From the IMG/VR virus record IMGVR_UViG_3300037424_001030, positions 1-48,203 of that record: a stretch of 48,203 nucleotides of DNA. One strand, given 5' to 3'. Origin of the DNA: a virus. Below the pieces are notes generated by a model. It ran no database searches and was not told the DNA's origin. It saw only the letters and a program-made list of their open reading frames with translations. The translations under genes and the position numbers were made by a program. Shown piece after piece: positions 9,004-17,247 of the stretch (positions are counted from its first letter, which is position 1; the number at the start of each line of letters is the position of its first letter).

Positions 9004-9037
9004 AAAAGGGATACTGAGCTGCCCCAATATCCCTTTT
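9004..9037 (-). terminator. Palindromic hairpin AAAAGGGATA-N14-TATCCCTTTT, terminator-like, inside the fibre gene block
   Basis: 10-bp perfect stem seen in the 94-bp gap between the 65-aa and 191-aa genes. On the minus strand the 3' arm ends in TTTT and is followed by CTACTTT. Confidence 0.45.
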
Positions 9038-9056
9038 ATGGACAGCAAGAATTGAA

Positions 9057-9254
9057 TTACGCCGGGGGGTCTTCCGGGCAACACGGATCAACCATGCAAG
9101 TAGGAAGTTCGAACCCCTTGGGCATGTCGACGAACACACCACCTTGCCGGGCAACTGGTCGAACGAAGAACTGCATCGGGATTCCAGGAACATGACGCAC
9201 TTCAGGATCGAAGATTGCATCACACGGCTCAGCGTCACGGATAAGAATGGGCAT
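9057..9254 (-). CDS. Small protein, 65 aa, stand-alone copy of the N-terminal module of the 182-aa protein
   Basis: 39 of 61 aligned positions match 9279..9827 without gaps (GIPxQxFVRPVxRQGGV..D.PKGFELP.CMVDPCC). Good SD (AGGAGCTAAAAATG). Confidence 0.6.
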   Translation of the reverse strand: MPILIRDAEPCDAIFDPEVRHVPGIPMQFFVRPVARQGGVFVDMPKGFELPTCMVDPCCPEDPPA

Positions 9255-9278
9255 TTTTAGCTCCTATGAAAGATTGAA

Positions 9279-9827
9279 TTACACAACAATGGCGCACAGA
9301 TCAACTTCAACAGAAGTTGGAAGTGCGTTGACACCTTCATCGCTGGAAACATCCCCAGCAGCAAGTGTGATGGTTTCCGCAATAGGAAATCCTTCCAGCG
9401 GCAAAGTGTAGCCCACAGTTTCTGTAAGGACAATGCTTCCGCCTGCCAAAAGTTCCGGAGTGGCGGGCAAAACAATTTCGGAATCGCCGGTAAGAATTGG
9501 AGCACCAGCAATCACAAGAGACACAGGAACAAGTGTCAAATTGTGCAACGGGGCGGGACCAGTATTTGTGATCGTCAGCGTGTAAACCACATCATCCGAA
9601 CACTCACGAGCGCCGATCGACAGAACTGCAGTAAGAGTCGCAATTTCTTCGCAGCAGGGATCGACCATGCAACCGGGCAGCTCGAAGCCCTTCGGTTGAT
9701 CCGTATATACACCACCTTGACGCGACACAGGGCGAACAAAGTATTGCAGTGGAATTCCACGAATGGGTTTGCTGGGAGGATTGAAAATGGCGACACAAAC
9801 ACCGCCAGGACGATTCAGATTGGGCAT
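9279..9827 (-). CDS. Tail-associated protein, 182 aa: conserved N-terminal module plus DUF11/CARDB-like Ig domain
   Basis: N-terminal paralogy with the 65-aa ORF. VVYTLTITNTGPAPLHNLTLVPVS resembles the DUF11 conserved repeat signature. SD AAGGAA. Confidence 0.6.
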   Translation of the reverse strand: MPNLNRPGGVCVAIFNPPSKPIRGIPLQYFVRPVSRQGGVYTDQPKGFELPGCMVDPCCEEIATLTAVLSIGARECSDDVVYTLTITNTGPAPLHNLTLVPVSLVIAGAPILTGDSEIVLPATPELLAGGSIVLTETVGYTLPLEGFPIAETITLAAGDVSSDEGVNALPTSVEVDLCAIVV

Positions 9828-9839
9828 GATTATTTCCTT

Positions 9840-11096
9840 TTATGTCAAAGAGATGGACGCGTTGCGGGCAGTTCCATTCGAAATTTGACTTCCGTTGCAG
9901 GTTCCGTAGATATAGCCCGCAGGAATTGTCACAACATGAGTCAATGGGAGAGAGCCAATTGCTTGGTATGTAACACTGACAGTTTCGGTGTGCGCTGCAC
10001 CTGGCGCCAATGTCGGGATAGCGGCGAAACCAATCGAGGTTGCACCTGCAGTAATCAAAACATCCACACCGCCAATGCCCAACTGGGGCATTGCCAGGTT
10101 GGTGATTGGACTCGATCCAACGTTGCTGACAACAACTGTCAAATCCGCAGTGGTATTGTCCGGAACTGAGGTAGGCGTGAATGCGAATGTTTCAATGCTC
10201 AGTCCGCAATAGAATCCGGATGCCGGAGCGATTGTCAGAGTGACAGCGCCACCACCAGCGGAATAAGAATTTCCACCACAAGTGAAAGTGGCCGACGAGG
10301 AAGGAATTGTGACAGTCGCATCTTGAGGCGAGCCAGAGATGTTCTGGACTTGTAAGACAAATTCGAATGTGCTGGAACCTTTTCCTTGGACTGTTTCATT
10401 TGTCAAGCTCACTGGAATTGCAGACGTGAACTGCGAAGGCAGACTCAGAGCCGGCAGGTTGAAAGCATTAATCGGACAGCTGTTGGTATTTTTAACAACC
10501 AACAGAAGCGTGACTGACTGCCCGGAAACTGCATTATTGTCACTGAAGAAGGGGGTAACAGTGACTCCGCCTTGGCAAGTGCATTCTTCCACAGCACCAC
10601 ATGCCAGAACTTCCACTGAGAAACTTGCAGTGTTTGGAACTCCGCCAGGATAGATCGGAGTGAAAACAACAGCTGGCTGAGCATCTGACAACCTAACTTT
10701 CACATTCACCACATTTCCATTGGAGTCAGCCTTCAAAGGAATATATTCCACCGGGCCAACTCCAGGAGTCATGCGAACGGTGAAAATTGCGAAAGGCAGA
10801 AGTCCGCTCACATTGATTGTGGCTTGCTGGCCCTCAGTGATTCTCGAAGGGGCAACACTCCAAGTAAATGGGGTAGGTGCGGGATTCGTTGGGCCAACTG
10901 GCCACTTGCAACGAGTTCCAAGAATCGCACAATCAACATCCAATTGCCCTAGGGAGTTGATGTACAACCCGGAATTGGGGGCAATTGCAATTGATGGAAT
11001 CGCAGCAGCACTTTGAAAGCTGCTTTGCGATTCAGGTTTGAATGAGGGATTGCCACATGGGACTGGCTCTCCGCAGTTTTCACAGCATTCGCTCAT
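9840..11096 (-). CDS. Cys-rich fibre/decoration-like protein with several Ig-like (DUF11/CARDB-like) repeats, 418 aa
   Basis: N-terminal MSECCENCGEPVPCG. Repeated segments such as TLLLVVKNTNSCPINAFNLP, FEFVLQVQNISGSP and ADLTVVVSNVGSSPITNLAMP. ATGA overlap with the upstream gene. Confidence 0.6.
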   Translation of the reverse strand: MSECCENCGEPVPCGNPSFKPESQSSFQSAAAIPSIAIAPNSGLYINSLGQLDVDCAILGTRCKWPVGPTNPAPTPFTWSVAPSRITEGQQATINVSGLLPFAIFTVRMTPGVGPVEYIPLKADSNGNVVNVKVRLSDAQPAVVFTPIYPGGVPNTASFSVEVLACGAVEECTCQGGVTVTPFFSDNNAVSGQSVTLLLVVKNTNSCPINAFNLPALSLPSQFTSAIPVSLTNETVQGKGSSTFEFVLQVQNISGSPQDATVTIPSSSATFTCGGNSYSAGGGAVTLTIAPASGFYCGLSIETFAFTPTSVPDNTTADLTVVVSNVGSSPITNLAMPQLGIGGVDVLITAGATSIGFAAIPTLAPGAAHTETVSVTYQAIGSLPLTHVVTIPAGYIYGTCNGSQISNGTARNASISLT

Positions 11097-11359
11097 AAAA
11101 TCACCGGAAGCCTTTTTGGGGTTACAAGAATGTAGTCGTCTTTAATTACAACTCCCAAGTATTGTACTTCCGGCGGCGCAGTACCAAACACATTAGGATC
11201 CTCTGTGATCACTCCCGCCTCGGTTAGAAACAAGTGAGTGCCAATAGGATAAGCCACTGCCTGTTTCAATAAACAATCGCCGGAGATTTGAGTCCCATTG
11301 ACCGTGAGCTTGGAATGGCGAGAGGGATTAAATGGGGTTGCGGAGCCATAGCGATTCAT
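11093..11359 (-). CDS. Hypothetical protein, 88 aa
   Basis: ORF with ATGA overlaps on both sides. Confidence 0.55.
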   Translation of the reverse strand: MNRYGSATPFNPSRHSKLTVNGTQISGDCLLKQAVAYPIGTHLFLTEAGVITEDPNVFGTAPPEVQYLGVVIKDDYILVTPKRLPVIL

Positions 11360-12972
11360 CTAGAGCCTCCCTCAAACATAACTGCTTCGATGGAAGACAA
11401 AGAGAAAGTTCCCATCAACTTCAGAATGTGATTCATGCCAGTGATGCGGAGGCCATATTTTTTCATAGAATCTGTCGCATGAGTTGGAATGGCGTAGATA
11501 TCTTCCATCAAAGTCATTCCATCGATGGATAGGATGATATTCAATGTGAGAGTCCCAGAAGGGTCGAATAGCCCGCCCAAATGAACTTCATCCAGAAGAG
11601 TCATTGATGCACGATTGAGTGAGAGCCTACCAAACAGGAAAACGGAATCTGTCGCAGGCTTATTCAGCGCGAATTCCAGAACCTTGATTGTCCCGTCATG
11701 CTGCAAAAATCCAAAAGATTTCCTGGCATTATCTTCGCCAAATGATTCTGGCCGCTCATAGGTAAACACGTCGGTGTGTGGAATTCGAAGTTTGCCGAAC
11801 CTGGCTAGCCCAATGTCATAGATGATGGCATGATTTAGTTTCTGGATGCCATAGGAAATCGCCAAATACCGTGAGGCTACCACATTGATTCGAATTTCCA
11901 GTGGCGAATCGTGGGAGAGTTTCACCAGATTATTAGGACACTGTGAGGTTGCAGCTTGTTGTACAACCGGATGATTGGGATTGAGCACCTCCGAACCAAT
12001 TCTCATTTCGCCATCGAATGAATTGATGTAGTCTTCAATGTATCCGCAGGTCAGCATGTCTGTAATTTCAGGAAACACAAGACGAGCTTCATTCTGCCGG
12101 ATGGTCTGCATACCGGCCTTTGTCCACGCATAGTGGAGAGAGAATGTGGTATCGGAGGCCACATGACGGGGGGAAATGATACCAGCTGATCCGGTAACTT
12201 CCGTGTAATTGAATGGGTAGGCAAGATCGGAAGTTGCCTGAGCGTACACCGCATTCTTCGTGGAATACACGATGAATCCGGAAGTGTGGGGGAGTGCGGC
12301 AACAATCTGCCCGCGAAGTGGGACGAGAGAAGCTGAACCTGCCCCAGTTCGCAACGACGGGGTGAAATCTGCAGGGTCTTCGAATGAAGAGTAATAAATT
12401 GTATCAGTTGTCCAGGCAATCAGAATGCCGACGGCCGAAGTAATTCCAGCAACTTGATCGGAATCAAGCCCAATCAGAGTTACCGGTTGCAGTGTTTTCG
12501 AGATTGGATCGTATTTGAATACGCCCTGATTCTTGTAGCACACATAAGTTTCTTGGCGAACGTGTGCGAAGGATACATCTCCGGAGAAACGAATGTCTGT
12601 CGGTAACTGAGTAGATCGCCAAACTTCAGCATCGGATGAAATGAAGTTCTGACCACCTGCCGGAGATAGCAAATGATTCATCCCATTGTAATCCTCCAGT
12701 TGGATGATCTGATCAAAACTATCCTGCTCATTACAAGTATTGTCAAGGATAGTTTTGTAGTCTACAGATTGATACCCGTGGGATACCGGCATTACATTAT
12801 GCATGTAAACCGGTTGAGCAATTCCCAATTCATCATTCGCGGCAACTCCCGAATAAGCATCTGTGACGATGTAATCGGTGTCTCCATTGGAGCGAATGGA
12901 GGTCGATGGGCCAAAGAATTGGCTCAGCATCGGGAATTTGGCAGCTTTCAGATTAAAACGGACCTTGGCCAT
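11356..12972 (-). CDS. Virion structural protein (putative tail/nozzle component), 538 aa
   Basis: Start moved to the ATG at 12972 (SD GGAGG 5 nt upstream). Large ORF between the head genes and the fibres. The function is inferred from position only. Confidence 0.6.
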   Translation of the reverse strand: MAKVRFNLKAAKFPMLSQFFGPSTSIRSNGDTDYIVTDAYSGVAANDELGIAQPVYMHNVMPVSHGYQSVDYKTILDNTCNEQDSFDQIIQLEDYNGMNHLLSPAGGQNFISSDAEVWRSTQLPTDIRFSGDVSFAHVRQETYVCYKNQGVFKYDPISKTLQPVTLIGLDSDQVAGITSAVGILIAWTTDTIYYSSFEDPADFTPSLRTGAGSASLVPLRGQIVAALPHTSGFIVYSTKNAVYAQATSDLAYPFNYTEVTGSAGIISPRHVASDTTFSLHYAWTKAGMQTIRQNEARLVFPEITDMLTCGYIEDYINSFDGEMRIGSEVLNPNHPVVQQAATSQCPNNLVKLSHDSPLEIRINVVASRYLAISYGIQKLNHAIIYDIGLARFGKLRIPHTDVFTYERPESFGEDNARKSFGFLQHDGTIKVLEFALNKPATDSVFLFGRLSLNRASMTLLDEVHLGGLFDPSGTLTLNIILSIDGMTLMEDIYAIPTHATDSMKKYGLRITGMNHILKLMGTFSLSSIEAVMFEGGSR

Positions 12973-13585
12973 ATTGCCTCCGGGCAAGCAGTTTCAGAAC
13001 AGAATCTTTTTGCGGCAGAATTTGAGCATAGGACAGTCGAAGCATCGACTTACCGGGCATTTTTGCAAGAACGGATAGAACAGATGGGTCACGGGATAGA
13101 AGTTTGAAATCACCGCACACACTAAGCTTGTCCCCATTCCCTAATTGCAATTCCACGAACTCAGTCTTGGAGCAATTGCAATGAATGTCCAATAGGTAGG
13201 TTGCTTTATTTGACCGAATGTGGGGCTTCGGGGAGAACTGAGCAACTTGGGCTGTGTGCCTTCGATTGTGCACTTCCCAGTACTGTTTGATCGAACTCTT
13301 GACAGATTCAAGATCGTTCGATTTGTGTACCAAATCATGGGCGACAATGTCATGTTGAATCAGGTAAGTTGCGGGAGATGATAACTCCGATTCAACAAAC
13401 TTCCCGGTCGCGCCCTTCGAGAATGTGATTGTTTCCAACTCATCCTTGTTGGCGAATGCAGGAAGGGTCATTTGATTTGGACCACGAGCGCCATATTTTT
13501 CCAGCTTGAAACGGTTGCTTCCTTGCACGCCCAACGCATAATATGGGCCGGGTGCGTCAAGTTGAACATCAAAGATCCGGCTCAT
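12953..13585 (-). CDS. Hypothetical structural protein, 210 aa
   Basis: ORF in the operon overlapping both neighbours. No motif was recognised. Confidence 0.55.
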   Translation of the reverse strand: MSRIFDVQLDAPGPYYALGVQGSNRFKLEKYGARGPNQMTLPAFANKDELETITFSKGATGKFVESELSSPATYLIQHDIVAHDLVHKSNDLESVKSSIKQYWEVHNRRHTAQVAQFSPKPHIRSNKATYLLDIHCNCSKTEFVELQLGNGDKLSVCGDFKLLSRDPSVLSVLAKMPGKSMLRLSYAQILPQKDSVLKLLARRQYGQGPF

Positions 13586-14132
13586 AGCTTGGATTCTCCA
13601 TCATGATTTTATGTTTGTAACCGCTACGAACTGGAACCAATCCGCCAACTTCCAGATATAGCGCAGATGCCAGGGCACGATTGCCCACAATGTTTGCAAC
13701 TTTTGCCGCCGCCAGGGTTGCAACTGCATCTTCGTATTCCATGGCAATCCAGGAATCTTCGGGCTCTGGGGTTTGGCAGTATGCAATCACAATCTGAGAT
13801 TGCAAGTTGCTTGGATTCAAATGGAGAGTTTTCCCCATCATGTAGTATCCCGGGCATGATAAATCCAGGGGAGAAATCTTCTCTATCTTCTGGTCGGATT
13901 CCGTGAAAACCCCCATAACCCGGCGGAGATTTGGGATCAGGGAAGACAGATCAACTTTTCCAAGTTGTCGAACTCCCATAGTCAGTACGCCTCGCTGAAT
14001 GTCCTTTTCGAAGAAGCCAAGAGAATGGTATTCATCAATAGCCCCAGCAACAGCGATTTTCGTTTCGTTCACCCGATCGAATCGGCCAGTTTTGGTGACC
14101 GTTTTCGAGTAGATGGTATCAAGAATGCCCAT
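13569..14132 (-). CDS. Hypothetical structural protein (possible head-tail adaptor), 187 aa
   Basis: Start moved to the ATG at 14132 (AAGGAGATTTGAGATG, with the upstream stop inside the spacer). The function is a guess from position only. Confidence 0.55.
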   Translation of the reverse strand: MGILDTIYSKTVTKTGRFDRVNETKIAVAGAIDEYHSLGFFEKDIQRGVLTMGVRQLGKVDLSSLIPNLRRVMGVFTESDQKIEKISPLDLSCPGYYMMGKTLHLNPSNLQSQIVIAYCQTPEPEDSWIAMEYEDAVATLAAAKVANIVGNRALASALYLEVGGLVPVRSGYKHKIMMENPSYEPDL

Positions 14133-14133
14133 C

Positions 14134-14481
14134 TCAAATCTCCTTGAATTTGCCAGGATACTGGCGAACCATCGCACGAAGCACAGTGATTTCTTCCACT
14201 TTGTGAACTTCCGCCGTGTGGCCGGAGAACTTGATGGTTCCGCCATTGCGGAGATGCACTTCACCATTCTTCGTGGCACACCAAAATTTCAAGGTGGTGA
14301 TAGCTTTCAGAACTCCCATGGGATTTCCCTTGGTATCCTGATAAACAATTGGTGTAACAACTGGAGTTTTCAGTTGCGGAGGATAGGTATTGGGGACCAG
14401 AACCGGATCATCGGCAGTGGTTGCTTTTTGTTGTGCCAAACGTTCTTTTGCTTTGGCCAGCAGAATTTCGCGAGCGTCCAT
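14134..14481 (-). CDS. Hypothetical protein, 115 aa
   Basis: Start moved to the ATG at 14481 (AGGAAAAATCATG). First gene after the post-capsid terminator. Confidence 0.55.
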   Translation of the reverse strand: MDAREILLAKAKERLAQQKATTADDPVLVPNTYPPQLKTPVVTPIVYQDTKGNPMGVLKAITTLKFWCATKNGEVHLRNGGTIKFSGHTAEVHKVEEITVLRAMVRQYPGKFKEI

Positions 14482-14503
14482 GATTTTTCCTGAATTAACA
14501 AAC

Positions 14504-14536
14504 AAAAAAGGGGCGCAGAGTTTCCCCCACGCCCCC
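14504..14536 (-). terminator. Intrinsic terminator-like hairpin downstream of the capsid gene
   Basis: Minus strand reads GGGGCG-N14-CGCCCC followed by TTTTTTGTTTGTT, in the 82-bp gap after the capsid stop. Confidence 0.55.
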
Positions 14537-14563
14537 GGTATCACATCACCAGATCAGAATTGA

Positions 14564-16231
14564 TCAGAGGTTGTTTTCGCGGATCGCATCGATCGTCGGC
14601 GAATTGGCAGGCATCGCAGGAGATGCAGTCGTCACACCGTCGCAGAATTCGGTGTCAGCAGAATTCGATTCCACGATCACCGGTTCGCAAGTGGCGATGC
14701 AGGCAACGCCGTAAGTACTGGTGAAGATCGTGTTGATCGAATCCGCATTGCCTTGCACCACGAAAGCGTATTTGTCCGGAGCAGTAGGCATCACGTATTG
14801 CACCACACCCATGCCGTTTGCATCGAGAACGATGTTCACAACACCGGTAGGAGTGGAAATATCCACATTGCCCAGAGGCTTGCCATACTTGATTTGCAAC
14901 ATGATCGTTGCACCGGGTTCCACAGGACCTTGATCGCACGGATGCGAAATCTCGAAGCAAGCTTCGTAGACGGTAGGCGCAGGAACACACGGTTCGCAAG
15001 CAGCTTGCGTCAAACCGTAGATCACAGCATTTGCTTCCGGAGCGATGCATTCCAGAGTGAGTTCGGAAAGGAAATCCCCGCCTTCGGCATCAATGCCCAG
15101 ATCGACAGAACCACCGGAACTGTTCACGTTCGAGTTGAAAGTTTTGTGCAGCGATTTGCGGCCTTTCAAATAACGAAGTGCCAGCGACGAAGGATCGACG
15201 ATCAGCGCCATGCGCGACCAACTGGGGTTCGTGTTCAGCAACGGGTGGGTCATCAAACGCAGAATGCCCCCGGACGGAGTTTTGTAGGTCGTGAACGACA
15301 GACCGAAACTGGTTTGATTTTCCGTGAACTGGTACTGCCCTTGGTTGGTGATGATTTCCTGAATCACTTCCATGCCAGCATTGCCGGTGTACAGAACACG
15401 ATCGTTGCCGAATTTCGGATCGGTCACGATGTTGAAAACATTCTGAGTCATGCGATCCAGTTGTTTCTTCGTCGTGGTGGTTGCTGCGTATTGCACGTTT
15501 TGAGGTGCGTATTTCCGCAGCATCGCCAACAGACCGTCCATCTTGCGCATCGGCTGACCGTTCACCACCGTCGTGTGCAGTTCAGAGAACAGCATTGCAA
15601 ATTCGATTGCAATTGCATGGAACATGCCCGCATCCGATTTCGAACCAGCTACGATGTTGGTTTGACCGCCCTGAAGTGCTGCGATGTAATCGACGGCGGA
15701 AGCAGTTCCCGAAACAGCGTATGCATTGCGGAAGATTTGAGTTTTGTTGCTCATTTCTTCTTGTGCGTATGCACGCATCAACGGACGCAACGAAGCTTCT
15801 TCGTGCGCATTTCCGATGTATGTCATTCGCGTGCCAGACGGAATTGCCAACGGCGGCGAAATGCCCATGCCACGGCGAACGATCATCGATTGCTCGCCGA
15901 CCACCGACTCCACGAACAGTTGTTCGTCGGTGCCTTCGACCAGCAGAATGTCTTTCGGCATGAAATCAGCAGTGGTTTCCACAGCGATTTGCATCGAAGC
16001 ACCTTTCACACCGGCCGGAATGTTGGCAGATGCAAAAGTTTTCGGGAACACTGCAACACGGCCCATCCAGGTGTGCGTGGTGGAGCCGATTTCGGTTTGT
16101 TGCATCGCTGCGGACAGCGCGAACAGTTGTGCCTGACCGAAAGGATATTTCGTCAGGACAGTTTTCGACATGGAGTCGGGGAGAGCACTCGGGTTGAAGT
16201 TGCTCGTATTGAAGAGACCAAGAGTGGACAT
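14564..16231 (-). CDS. Major capsid protein with C-terminal Cys-rich Ig-like extension, 555 aa
   Basis: Follows the scaffold and portal genes. SD AAGGAAATCAAAATG. Strongly C/G-ending codons. A terminator follows. The HK97-fold assignment is inferred, not shown. Confidence 0.7.
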   Translation of the reverse strand: MSTLGLFNTSNFNPSALPDSMSKTVLTKYPFGQAQLFALSAAMQQTEIGSTTHTWMGRVAVFPKTFASANIPAGVKGASMQIAVETTADFMPKDILLVEGTDEQLFVESVVGEQSMIVRRGMGISPPLAIPSGTRMTYIGNAHEEASLRPLMRAYAQEEMSNKTQIFRNAYAVSGTASAVDYIAALQGGQTNIVAGSKSDAGMFHAIAIEFAMLFSELHTTVVNGQPMRKMDGLLAMLRKYAPQNVQYAATTTTKKQLDRMTQNVFNIVTDPKFGNDRVLYTGNAGMEVIQEIITNQGQYQFTENQTSFGLSFTTYKTPSGGILRLMTHPLLNTNPSWSRMALIVDPSSLALRYLKGRKSLHKTFNSNVNSSGGSVDLGIDAEGGDFLSELTLECIAPEANAVIYGLTQAACEPCVPAPTVYEACFEISHPCDQGPVEPGATIMLQIKYGKPLGNVDISTPTGVVNIVLDANGMGVVQYVMPTAPDKYAFVVQGNADSINTIFTSTYGVACIATCEPVIVESNSADTEFCDGVTTASPAMPANSPTIDAIRENNL

Positions 16232-16261
16232 TTTGATTTCCTTGAGGAAAGTTGAATTGGT

Positions 16262-16963
16262 TTAGAAATCCGTAGCGGATTTCTGGGCTTCTGCAATGTT
16301 CACTTCACGCGCATTGGGAGTCGTCTCCTTTTGCCCGAAGTTGGCACTGAAATCTTTCATGTAGCCCTGGACCATATCGCCAATATCAGATGGCGAACTT
16401 CCGGGATTTGCTTCAGAAAACTGGCGGGTCAGAGCGGAAACCATCAGATCACCGCCAGGAACATTGAAGAATTCGCCAGTCTTGTCGCGAATAGTTTTTG
16501 CGGATTCAAGGCGGCCGACATGTTCCGCAACCATGCGCTCCATTTCCGAGCGACCTTGTTTGGAATTTCCTTCGACCAGCGTATTGGAAGTCATGGTTGC
16601 ATCCACGAACAGATTGCGCATCGCATCCTGTTGGGCTTCCATGAAGGTAGACATGTCACCTGATTGGATTTTCTGTAGCTGTTCGGGAGTGGGATTGAAG
16701 AAATTCAATTTCTTCGAAGCTTCCAGAAGTGCATCACGTTGCAAACCTTGTGGGCCGGACTGCTGTTGATTGGGCTTTTGATTGCCCTGTTGTTGGCCAT
16801 CTTGCTTGGCAGGTTGTTTGGTCAGCTTGGTTTTCCATTTGTCAATCCAGTTGCCGGTATCGCCGGATTTGGATTCAGGCCCTTTGGAGTTGCCCGATTG
16901 TTGCATCTGGGTAAATTCTTCCATCGTAAACGTGATGGAGCCGTCTTTGTTTTGAATAGGCAT
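16262..16963 (-). CDS. Putative scaffolding protein, 233 aa
   Basis: Q/K/E-rich, low-complexity and helical-looking protein lying between portal and capsid. SD AAGGA. Confidence 0.55.
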   Translation of the reverse strand: MPIQNKDGSITFTMEEFTQMQQSGNSKGPESKSGDTGNWIDKWKTKLTKQPAKQDGQQQGNQKPNQQQSGPQGLQRDALLEASKKLNFFNPTPEQLQKIQSGDMSTFMEAQQDAMRNLFVDATMTSNTLVEGNSKQGRSEMERMVAEHVGRLESAKTIRDKTGEFFNVPGGDLMVSALTRQFSEANPGSSPSDIGDMVQGYMKDFSANFGQKETTPNAREVNIAEAQKSATDF

Positions 16964-16974
16964 TTCAATTTCCT

Positions 16975-17247
16975 TTAAATTGGGTCAAGATCGGGATCAT
17001 TTTTGCTGGCAATGAAAATCAACAAGTCATCATACACTGCTAATTCTGCCAGACTTGCGGCAAGTTGGAGAGGGGAGGATTGTGCGTTCGTCGTATCGAT
17101 CCCTTTCATCTTGGAAAACGCCTCAAATTTTTTCATGTGGAGATAGTCCCGGAAAGAATCTGGGACCTGAGTTGCTGTGCTGAGTTCTTTTGCATTCAGC
17201 TCCAGACACATTACTGACTGAGCGAATTGAATTTTAGCCACGGCCAA
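16975..17247 (-). CDS. Hypothetical small acidic protein, about 90 aa (start uncertain: TTG 17247, GTG 17241 or ATG 17211)
   Basis: ORF between portal and scaffold. The track start is TTG and overlaps the portal end. Confidence 0.45.
   Translation of the reverse strand: MAVAKIQFAQSVMCLELNAKELSTATQVPDSFRDYLHMKKFEAFSKMKGIDTTNAQSSPLQLAASLAELAVYDDLLIFIASKNDPDLDPI

Noticed and set aside
5931-11096. A diversity-generating retroelement acting on the Ig-like/fibre genes
   Set aside because: No reverse transcriptase (YxDD) ORF is present, and I noticed no template/variable repeat pair.
14535-14543. Minus-strand TGATACCGG as a member of the TGATA promoter family
   Set aside because: It reads straight into the post-capsid terminator hairpin and has no -35. 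It is probably a chance occurrence.
14753-16255. 500-aa plus-strand ORF antisense to the capsid gene
   Set aside because: It is in phase, codon for codon, with the minus-strand capsid gene. It stays open simply because the sense codons TTA, CTA and TCA are avoided. The translated product is Arg/His/Cys-rich nonsense and has no SD. The sense gene has the operon context.
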